NCBI GenBank assembly: GCA_973895155.1
Contig: OZ316896.1
Span: 23,393,722-23,457,721, forward strand
Direction of reading: 5' to 3'
DNA length: 64,000 nt
DNA from: Marsupella aquatica
Lineage: Eukaryota; Plantae; Marchantiophyta
Positions 11,148-20,758 of this stretch are shown piece after piece (position 1 is the stretch's first letter; every line of letters starts with the position of its first letter). Made by a program: the position numbers and the translations under genes. The notes beneath the pieces were generated by a model. The model was not told the DNA's origin and did not search any database. It saw only the letters and a list, made by a program, of their open reading frames with translations.

Positions 11148-13043
11148 CTATTGTAAAGCAGTCCTCGACCTCTTCGTCTTCTTCTTCCAAGTCACCTTCC
11201 ATTGGTTCTTGCCATAATCCGCTGGGGGGTACCTCTGTATTGCCGGAGCCCTCCCTTCTCCTTCCGTTGATGTTGACGAAGAGTCCATCTTTTCCTCCGT
11301 AACCTTCCCTTTATTTTTGGCCAGCCCATCCCACCTTTCCTTCCTTCTGGTAGATCGAGTAGAGACCCGGTAGCAATCATGATCTAAATCCTCCTCTGAG
11401 AAGGTTGATAGGGCTTCGGCCTCATCATCAGATGGTACGAACTCTGCCTCGGCATCCTCTTGCCATCCTAGTTCGATGTGGTTGATTTGAACTCCTCCGG
11501 GGGTAGTACCTGGCGGTAAGATCTTGACCGGCAAAAGTTTATGATTTGCGGCCAGGCCTGCCAACCAAGTAGGACATTGCCCTAGCATATGACCTTCCTG
11601 TCGGCATCCCATACATAGCTGAGCTGGTTGTCCATCACCCTGTTTGCGTGCATTCGGGCATTCTCTAGCAAAATGGCCAGGTTGACCACAATTATAGCAC
11701 GCCGCAAATCTTTGCACATTCGGCCTAGGAGGTACTGACGGGTTCTGAATAATCCGAGGATACATCTCTCCTGGATTGTTCCTTAACCCTGACCATAGAG
11801 ATGCAGGTCTGTTGGATAGGTCTTGTGCTCCAGTCTCACTGATGCCGAAAACACTATCAGCAGCATCTCCTAAAAAGTACTCTACTTCTCCCTGACATGG
11901 TCTGATCTCGGCCACATGCCGAACATGATTAGTATTAAGCTTAGGACACGCATCTTTATGGTGTCCGGTTTTATAACATAAGGCACACCATACAGAGCTA
12001 TCCTCCTGTACTACCTTCTTCTTCGGTTTTACCTCTACAATGATAGCCTTAAGTTGCTCGGTAAGGGCTACGATGTTATCTGGTGGCTTAGCCTCCAGCT
12101 TGACTTTCGTCTTCCCTCTCCTTCTGCCCTTCCTTTTGGTAGTTTTTTCTTCTTCAGAACTAGAAGATGACTCACTCTTGCTACTCCCACTATCCGAGCT
12201 TGACTTATCACTTCTAGACTTCTTAGAATGTTTCTTCTTCTTATCTTTTTTCTTATGGGGTGATCCCTCTTCTGATGAGGAACTCTCAGACTTAAGCTGT
12301 TTCTTCCGGCTTGTGATATCTGCATTAATGTATAATTGAATATCCTTAATTGCTTCGGCTAAAGTCTCCGGGTTCTCCTTCCTAATTGCAAAACTCATCT
12401 TCTGTGGCAAAGCATTCACCAACCATTGAAGTTGCATACCTTCAGATGCATTGGTCTTTGTACGTCTTACCAGTTTCTGAAAGCGTTGCAAGAACTTCCT
12501 GAAGGATTTGTTCTCCTTGAACCGAAGTCGTCCCAACTTCGGCACTGCTAGTTCTGAAGTTCCAATTGGTCGAAACTCCTTAACAAAGAGTGTTTTGAAG
12601 ATATCCCAGATGGCTTGATCTTCCACATCTAATGCTCTGTACCAAGGCCTAGCCTCACCCTTGAACAGGCCGGGAAGAATCTGCATCTTGATGGCCGATT
12701 CTCCATTTGCTGCAGCGGTTCCCTCGAAATCATCCAACCATTCGTCCGAATCCTCATCTCCTCTCCCATGAAATGCCTTGTAATGTATGCGCGACCGCTG
12801 GCTCAATCTGGTCCCTGGCCTCTCGTCTGGCCGTGCCTCTGGTTCCCCCATGTCGGTTGGAGACTCACTTCTCCTTACCGACTCTTCTTCTGGTATGTCT
12901 TCTTCGACGCCACTTCCAGTTTCGGAGCTACCAGCTCTTTCTGCCCCTCTCAGTCGCTGTGTATCATGCCACCCGGCAAGCTGCTGCAGTCGAGCTCTCT
13001 CCCGTTGAATCACTCTTTCTTCCCTCGGCGTAAGGTCAGTCAT
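11148..13043 (-). CDS. Gag with three CCHC zinc knuckles; 3' end corrupted by a deletion that removes the protease
   Basis: Capsid-like FHGRGDEDSDEWLDDF...GEARPWY. Knuckles CALC..GH..DAC, CYNC..GH..REC and CMGC..GH..GQC. Confidence 0.9.
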   Translation of the reverse strand: MTDLTPREERVIQRERARLQQLAGWHDTQRLRGAERAGSSETGSGVEEDIPEEESVRRSESPTDMGEPEARPDERPGTRLSQRSRIHYKAFHGRGDEDSDEWLDDFEGTAAANGESAIKMQILPGLFKGEARPWYRALDVEDQAIWDIFKTLFVKEFRPIGTSELAVPKLGRLRFKENKSFRKFLQRFQKLVRRTKTNASEGMQLQWLVNALPQKMSFAIRKENPETLAEAIKDIQLYINADITSRKKQLKSESSSSEEGSPHKKKDKKKKHSKKSRSDKSSSDSGSSKSESSSSSEEEKTTKRKGRRRGKTKVKLEAKPPDNIVALTEQLKAIIVEVKPKKKVVQEDSSVWCALCYKTGHHKDACPKLNTNHVRHVAEIRPCQGEVEYFLGDAADSVFGISETGAQDLSNRPASLWSGLRNNPGEMYPRIIQNPSVPPRPNVQRFAACYNCGQPGHFARECPNARKQGDGQPAQLCMGCRQEGHMLGQCPTWLAGLAANHKLLPVKILPPGTTPGGVQINHIELGWQEDAEAEFVPSDDEAEALSTFSEEDLDHDCYRVSTRSTRRKERWDGLAKNKGKVTEEKMDSSSTSTEGEGRAPAIQRYPPADYGKNQWKVTWKKKTKRSRTALQ

Positions 13044-13090
13044 TACCTACGCTTCCGTTCTAACTTCATATCTCACGGCTTAAGAAATGC

Positions 13091-13108
13091 CCCCTCCATC
13101 TAGCGCCA
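13091..13108 (-). other. Primer-binding site, tRNA-Asn-like
   Basis: TGGCGCTAGATGGAGGGG lies 4 nt from the LTR end. It matches my recollection of the plant tRNA-Asn 3' end (CCCCTCCTTCTAGCGCCA) with one mismatch. Confidence 0.75.
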
Positions 13109-13112
13109 AAAA

Positions 13113-15343
13113 TGTGGTGCGTCCCATGGCTCCCTAAACCCAAGAAACCCCCCAGCTCAAGCCGATTCCCGCAGGTTTTGCGCTTGGCGAGGCCGTTTCC
13201 GCGGCTTAGCGGCATGGGACGCTGCTAACCTCTACTACTACTGTTAACATTTTACACACATATACTGGACAGATCCTTCATCGGGTCATGAGATACGTAG
13301 CCGGCCTAATCTAGGCCTTCCCCTGTCTTCCCCTCCATCTTGTTAGGTATGTTTGGATTCCACGGCCGGAATGATCCCCAATAGGCTTGGTTAAGCCGCT
13401 AAGACCTCTCTTAGCTCGACACATCCAACTCTCACTCCCCTGCTTACTTTCCTTCCTTCTGGTTGATGTGGGCACTCTTCACACAAGTTAATGCGACACA
13501 CAAATAGCAAAATGACTCATTCTGACTGAGTCATACCATGCACTTGCCATATAAACAGTACATCTCATACACAAGCTCTGCGAACTAAGCCGTGAGGCCA
13601 ACTCTATTCAGCTCTTAGGCATGAGGAAACATGAATATACACAAGGGTCACTGTATGACTAACCGAGAGCTTCTCGTACTACTTGATCCCAGCCCGGCTG
13701 GTGCAAACTAAAAACTTGCTAAAGAAGAGGCCCTGAGCTCCCCGCTGCCCAGGTACTTATCCTGGTAGTGGATCCGCCATTCTTTGCATCGTAAGCCTAA
13801 TCTACCTAACAGTAATCTACTTGCCCGAATCTACCTATGTACAGCAAGGCAGGAGCACAAGTGTTGCTCCTACCAGTGGAACCGCAATCCCACTAAGCTA
13901 AGTGTCAGGGCCGCTCCTGGTCCTGATCCTAATCCTAAACTTGGAGATCAGCGCCCGCCCTGCCCACTCACGCCTCCTCCCTCCACGTCCGCCCTCCCTA
14001 AAAGGAACGGCGCCCTTGCACCGTCACGACACCGGTGGAGGATCCTTAATGGACGCCCCCAACGCTTCCTCCTCAGCCACTGCCGTAGGTTCATTCTCTG
14101 ACAGATTACCTGCCCTTGACTGAGTCAACTCTCCATCGGCCTGACTGGGTCCACCATCGGCGTCGGCATCGGCTCGGGAATCGGTTACGGCCTCAGCCTC
14201 GGCTACGGTCTCCCCAGCCTGCTCAAGAGGCGGATCTGGAATACCGGCCTCATTACTGAGTAGTTCGGCTTGGGCCGCACCACCCCCACCTATGATGATA
14301 GCGGGATCTATTGCCGTATTCATGCCGGAGGATGGTGCTGGTTCTACCTCCTTGGTCACCACGGCTTGTGGAGTCGGATTACTCCTTGACCCTGAAGGTT
14401 TCCGCTTTTTCTTCTTTTCTGGTTCGGCAGCTGGTCCCTTCCCCTTCCCACTTACTTCCGGCACTGGTGCAGGTGGCGCGGCTTTTTCTTTGGCCAGTAC
14501 CACTCCTGGTAACTTGGTTGCCCCAATTGGAGTTGGGCCTGATGAAGACAAGCACTTAAATACTGCGGCTTGTTTCTTCAGCCGCTCCGTTTGGTTGTCG
14601 GCCCGCCGCTGGAGGTTCTCCATCTTCCTCGTGATTTCCTCCAACTCCTCCTGGGTCTCATCCAGGTCCTTGCATGCCTCCTCTAGTTCCTTCTGGGCTT
14701 CCTCCTGTTCTTGTTTCAAGGTAGTCCTCTCCTCCCGGGTTGCTCTTAGCTCCTTGTCGAGCTCTGCAATGATGACAGACTCCATCTGGTTCATCTTGGC
14801 GTAAGTCTGTTCGAGCATCTCGTCCTTCTCCCTTAGGTCGGCCTTGAAGCTGGCCGTCAGGGACGCAAGCTCCTGCTGCAGCGCCATAATCCCTTGATAG
14901 GATTTCCCTAACTCGGCCTCCTTCTGCTCAAGGGCTCCGCGGATTTTCTCGAGCTCCCCCTTCAACGCCCATTCCTTTCTTTGGGTCTCCGCCATGGCCC
15001 GGCTGTTGGCTGTTATGTGGGCCTCCTCTGTATTCTTCAGCTCTTGCTTCCACTTCTCCCTCTCTTTGATCATGTCGGCCAACTCTCCCTGCGTCTGAGT
15101 CAGTTTATCCTTGATATTCTGATTATCAGCCTGCGCGGTGTCCAACTGCCCCTGCATGATGTTCAGCTCATGTCGTTTAATCCGCAGTTCATCTTGGGCT
15201 TTCTTGGCCGCCCTTAGATCTTCAATCTCGGCTTCCATCCTCCTAAGCCGCCGAATGACCTCGTCCTTCTTGCTTCTCTCTAAAGCCACCGCTTCTTCTA
15301 ATTGGTGCTTCTCCAACTGCTCCCTATGGAAAAAGGGTCCTAC
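13113..15343 (-). repeat. 5' LTR of element 1 (3' half only)
   Basis: Ends ...GGACGCACCACA next to the PBS. Near-identical to the reverse complement of about 23190-25422. Cut at 15343 by the family-B LTR. Confidence 0.92.
14024..15343 (-). pseudogene. C-terminal coiled-coil part of the LTR-encoded protein (truncated)
   Basis: The 430-aa ORF is nearly identical to the last 430 aa of 21136-24510. Confidence 0.88.
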
Positions 15344-18300
15344 TGTGATGCCGCCGGTACGGCGGTTAATGAGTGATTCAGTCTAACTGCGCTCGGCACG
15401 CGCGTTAGGTGGGTCTTAGGCCGCTATTCTTAGCATAACGATAGTATTTAGGTAATCATTAGGGGTAGGACATCATTAGGCAATAAGGGGGACTTCAGGT
15501 TCGGGCTGGCGGCGGGTCGCTATTCGCACACCCGGATTACGAGCGTGGAGGGGCCCCTCCCTCGGGTCCGTATAACGAACTTAAGGAAGCGGCCACTGAC
15601 GCACGCTGACTCAGACCGGCGGAGTGGCCGGTACACCACAAGCATGAGCGGTTCAACCTACGGGCGTCGAGGAGACGTCGGGGATCGACAAGCCCTCAAA
15701 GTATAAAAGGGGAGCCAACCCTTTGTAGTGCACCAGTCCATCAGTCCGCGCGCCAGCTTCGACCCCAGCTCTCTCGTTCTCTCTAGGTCGCCACTACTAT
15801 CTCCTCTGAATGTCGCACACGATCCTCTCCAGCTCGGCCATTTGATTCTGGACGCAGTTCCTAGCTACCGGAAGGCACTTGGCCGATTCATTGAAACACG
15901 CCAACCCGCGCTGATACGAGATCGAACGCGAATACGAGAGAGCCATCCGCCTAGCAGGACGACACCACTACGTCCTTAACTTTGACTACCCGTCTCAGAG
16001 CGAGCTTTACCGACCAGCTGAGGTATCTAGGTACTTCTTCAACAGAGACAAATATATCGGGTTCTGGGAAGCATTGCTTCGGCTTCCGGACGAGGTCTTC
16101 AATATCCCGGGTACAATCGACCTGCAGCGACATCACTTCGACCACATCCCTGCCCAGGTTTGGGCTGTCATTAACGGCGAGTCCAGTACCAACCGTTCGA
16201 CAAGGGCATCCGTACTCGCTTCAGAGAACTTCTACCAGCACCTGCAGAGCTTCATGGGAACTCGGCCATCAACCAACATGACCAACTCAGCCGGGCCCGT
16301 ACCCGTACCCGTACCCATACCCGTGCCCATGCAACCCCAGCCTCAACCTCAGCTTCAGCTTCAGCCGCAGCCTCAGCCTCAGCCGCAGCCTAGCCAAACC
16401 CCACCACCTATCACCCAGCCAGCACAGGTACGCTCTGTCATCAACGCTGTGGATCTTAGCGATGACGACGAGGCTACCCCACCCTTGACCAGGCGGCCCA
16501 GAGGAACAAGCGCTCGGGGGGCCGACACTATATCGTCCCCACCCCCTGCTCTGACCCCAGGAGCGGCCCCAGCAGACAACATAGTGACCGTGGCCGCCCC
16601 GGGCCCGTTACCAACCGCAGTGGCACTCCCCAGGCCCGATCGGGAGGATGGGGAAGTATCACCTTCCCCGAGTCAGTCACGGGGAAAGAAGAGGAAGGAA
16701 TCCGCCACTGCGTCCGGGTTACCGTTGGCCACGGTAGCCGTAGCCAAGGTGACGATGCATCGCATGGGGGAAAACGTTCATAGCAACATCCTCCATCCCA
16801 AGCATGCGGTGTACCTGAAGACTCAGGGATTTGAGCACCTCACCTCTCTCCCCTGGAACACTTGCAGGTACTACGGGGAGGACATGACAGAATTCGTCAA
16901 GAATTATGACGACGTATGTCAATAGACTCGGCTGCGGGGAAGGAATATGTCCCTCACAGAAGAACGGCTCAAGATGATCTTCGGGTTACCCGAAGGTGAC
17001 CATCAAGTCGAATCACGGGCTCCCGGGGGCAAGGGGGCCAAGTACCAATCTTCAAGTTTTCCCTCAGAGGGATCAGTAGACAACGGGTTCGTGATGAGGA
17101 CCTGCCTCATGCCCGAGATAGCTGAGCGGCTGGAGTTCCAGAGGTACGCTCTCCACATGATGGAACCCCGGGGGGAGATCTCCGCCGCCCAGGTTATCCA
17201 GGTCGAGAACTATCGACCTAGGAAATGGGCGTCGTACTTCGCTAAGAAATTCCATGAAGAGATGGAGCGGCGAAGGAAGACGCTGTACATTGGCGGGAAG
17301 GCGTATTTCGCTAGCCACATCGAAATCATTCTTGAGTGGTACGCCCGGTTTGATCGACGAACCCTTCCCCGCATCAACGTTACAAAGCTGGTCCCAGCTA
17401 GGTGGGTTTTTCCGGCATTGGAGAGACGGCCCCAACCCGAGGCCCGAAGTCCAGTGGACACGCCAGCTTCACCCACCCCACCTCCACAAATAGCTGTAAT
17501 CGTAACCGAGGAGGCGCCGGAGGGGTCGGTCGTCGCAACCGTTGATGCGACCCAACTAGCCGGGCTAAGTACAGAAGTTGGTACGGCAGAGGTCTTACCC
17601 GAACCCGGGTCTCCCAAGGACCCGTCGGTGGCAATTCCGGAGAACCGGACATTGCTGCAGGAGGACACTCCAGCCCCTTCCAACGTTATGTCCCCAGGGC
17701 TGGACGTCACTGCCCCGGCCCCTGCGCGTGTTGATGTCTGCCCGTGCCCAAATCCGGACAGGCACAACTTGGACCACCCAGAACTCTTCGTACAGGGTAC
17801 GTTTTTGAACGGGCTTCTGGGAGATTTCTCTCATCAAATTGCCCGGGATACCGGGGAGTTCATGGCCCGGAAGGTAGCCTGTTTCTTCAATCAGGAGTTG
17901 GTTGCCGCCGTAAAGGCAGGTCGGGCCCAGTCGGAGGCCCTTCAGAGGATAGAGCGGTACCGGGTGGAGTCCGTGTACCTAAAGAATGAAGTGGCGGCTC
18001 AAGAGGCTGAGCTTCTGCAACTGCGACCCAAGGTTGCAGCCGCCGATGAGTTGTTAGCAAAGGCGTACGCTCTTACCGCCCTAGCCGAACAGGCCAAAGC
18101 TGGGAACGAGGCCGAGATTACACGACTCCGGAACCAGATTGACAGTTTGAAGAAACAAGCTGTCACCTGGCAGAAAGACCTGGAGGAGGCCGAGGAGCGA
18201 GCCCAGCGGGACGCGACGGAGATAGCCACGCTGCAGGCCGAGATGGCGCGGCTCCAAACCGAGGCCGAGAAGCAGGACCAGCTGGCGGGTAAACTGACGA

Positions 18301-19379
18301 GCGACGCCCAGCAGTTGGAGGAGGCATGTCAGGAGGTAGCAGAGGAGACGGACGCGGCGAGGCGAGAGAACGAATCTCTGCTGGACCAGGTCCAGCTCCT
18401 CAAAGCGGACAATGACAGGCTTCGAAGGCAGCGGGATGGCCGTTCCCATTCGGGCGGCTCTGGCAAGCGTGCTAGGCATTAGCGGCGGAGTAGGAATAGA
18501 TTAGGATTAGGATTGGCTTAGTCAGGCTCTTGGGACAGGCACCTGCCTTAGGTACAGCAGCGCTGCCCTGCTGTCTAGCCTGCGTAGATTAGGATCTTCT
18601 AATAAGACACAACCATTTTCCGGCCTGACTGTCAGCTTAGTTAGGACCTTAGTCAGCGAATCTTCGGCGAGAGGACACCCCGTCCCTCGGCTCTTAGTAT
18701 TTAGTGCACCCCTCGGTAGAGGCAGGGGGGGTTTTTAGTTTCAGAGTCGGACATCCGCGGGACATGCGGGGAGTCCCGACCTCTGGGAATGACAGAGTAC
18801 CAAGGGGAGGGGGTAGGACTAAGCTCGTCGGGCGAGTGCGGAGCCGGGCTCCGTTGTAGTGTGCACCCTCGGCCTTGAACCTGTGCATTCCAGGGCTGTC
18901 GTGTCAACTAAGTGTACGCATATGTTCCCTTTGTAGTAAAATCCTTTCCCATCATTTTCCTTCGTGTAAATCGAGATTGTATGCATGTGTGCGCATATGT
19001 GTGTGGGTTTCTCGTATATGGGTGGCAGCGCCAGGCCGAACGCACTACCCGAGACGTGCATAGGGTGCAGCCTGTGGGTAAGTGGTTGCGAGCACGGGTT
19101 GAGGACCTATATCATCGAATCCGGATCGAAGGTGGACAGCACGAAGGCTTAGAAGCCCTTAAGCCGGGGTCGATCCTGCTATCGACTAAGGTACGTTCCG
19201 GCGGCGGAACACAAACCATACCTAGGAGGTGTCCATATTTAGCAGTATGCGCACTTAGCGCTAGTTTACGAGAATAAGGTGCATTACGTGCTTCCCTTCC
19301 TGCCCGAACCCTCAGATTTACGAGGGATGTGCCCGTCTAAGCTGAAGTCTGAGTTAAGGCCGAAGCCTACGACGTGACA
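15344..19379 (+). repeat. 5' LTR of a family-B gypsy element (about 4.0 kb)
   Basis: Starts TGTGATG exactly where family-A homology breaks. Ends CGTGACA and is followed by a PBS and gag. The right end is slightly uncertain (12-nt gap to the PBS). Confidence 0.8.
15810..18482 (+). pseudogene. Family-B LTR-encoded protein (about 890 codons, three premature stops), homolog of the family-A LTR protein
   Basis: ATG 15810 and ORFs 16074 and 16947 are all in one frame. Motifs LPW..EFV..TRLRG..LTEERLKMIFGLP..NGF..TC align to family A. C-terminal coiled coil. Confidence 0.8.
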
Positions 19380-19391
19380 TAGCCTTTGTTT

Positions 19392-19409
19392 TGGTGCTAG
19401 ATGGAGGGG
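19392..19409 (+). other. Primer-binding site of the family-B element (tRNA-Asn-like)
   Basis: TGGTGCTAGATGGAGGGG, one difference from the family-A PBS. Confidence 0.75.
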
Positions 19410-19502
19410 GCACTCTACATATCGTAGAGGGGACACATGTGCGTATTCACCTAGGCAGGATACATCAGGACGTAGTACTAACCATTGCATTTATATGAGT
19501 AA

Positions 19503-19900
19503 ATGCCCGTCACTCGTGCTCAAGCAGCTTACTTGAGGAGATTGACCAGCGAACGAGAAAGTGCAACCACAACAAGCTCCGACTCGTCGGGCTCGGAGGA
19601 CTCGCAATCGTCCCGACGTATGAACATACCCCCGGGATCTTCGGGGTCTGGTTCGACCGGCCCTGCTGCGGTTCCACCACCACCACCACCACCACCACCT
19701 ATGGCAGCCGCTCCACCGGTGGCCCGCGCTGCTCAGGCGCCTCCACAAATATCACAACGATCGCGATTTCATTATCGACCTTTCAAAGGGCGTCATGGGG
19801 ATGATCCGGATGAATGGTTGGATGAGTTTGAAGCCACTGCTAAAGCTAATGGGGAAGACGCCATTAAGCTAACCGTCCTCCCGGGAGTGATGCGGGGAGA
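19503..19900 (+). pseudogene. Family-B gag N-terminus, truncated by a deletion junction
   Basis: SQRSRFHYRPFKGRHGDDPDEWLDEFE aligns with family-A gag SQRSRIHYKAFHGRGDEDSDEWLDDFE. Confidence 0.85.
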
Positions 19901-20758
19901 ATGATCCCTTGATAGGCTTTCCTTAATTCGGCCTCCTTCTGCTCAAGGGCTCCGCGGATATCCTCAAGTTCCCCTTTTAATGCCCTCTCCTTTCTCTGGG
20001 TCTCTGCCATGGCCCGATTGTTGGCTGCTAAGTGGGCCTCCTTTGCGTCCCTTAGCTCCCGCTTCCACTTCTCCTTTTCCTTGACTGCGCCGGCCAACTC
20101 TCCTTGGGTCCGAGTCAGTTTATCTTTGATAATCTGATTGTCAGACTACGCGGTATCCAACTGCCCCTGCATGATGTTTAGCTCATGCCGCTTGATCCGT
20201 AGCTCATCTTGGGCTTTCTTGGCCATCTTCAGGTCTTCCACCTCGGCTTCCATCTCCCTAAGCCATTGGATGACCTCGTCCTTCTTGTTTCTCTCCAAAG
20301 CCACCACTTCTTCTAATTGGTGCTTCTCCAACATCTCCCTCTGGAAAAAGGGTCCCTGCTCCAACTCCTCCCCAAAGATGCTGAGCGCAAGTTCCCCACA
20401 CATCTCCCCGTACTCCATGGCTCTATCTTTAGCATAGGTGAAGTAAGTAGAAGTCATCGGCATCAACCACCGCGGCCTCTATTCCCAAGCCGTCTTGCGG
20501 ATCTCTTCTATGGTGGCAAGAGGGTTGTTTCTTTTTTCGGCAAGCCGCCTGATGTCCTCCGGCCAATCTCCTCCTGGCAAATCTTTTTCCCTAGCCAGGG
20601 CTGCCTTCTCTTCCTCCCTAAGTTGCTTCTGAAACTCTTGTGCCGTTTGCTTGATGCCGTCAAAGCTTGGGGGAGCGACATCTGGTGGGGGAGACTCGGG
20701 GCTACTCTGCTGGGTGGGGTCCCCTCGAACTACTCTTGGAAGCGTGGGGATAAACCGG

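Larger units (their letters stand above)
1..15343 (-). mobile_element. Ty3/gypsy LTR retrotransposon, family A, element 1 (non-chromoviral; interrupted by a LINE, protease deleted, 5' LTR cut by a family-B insertion)
   Basis: Minus-strand order: LTR - PBS - gag - RT - RNaseH - integrase - PPT - LTR. No chromodomain follows the integrase. Confidence 0.93.

Noticed and set aside
16920-16931. Programmed stop read-through at CAA TAG
   Set aside because: The downstream context ACTCGG is not CARYYA, and two other stops in the same frame indicate C-to-T decay.
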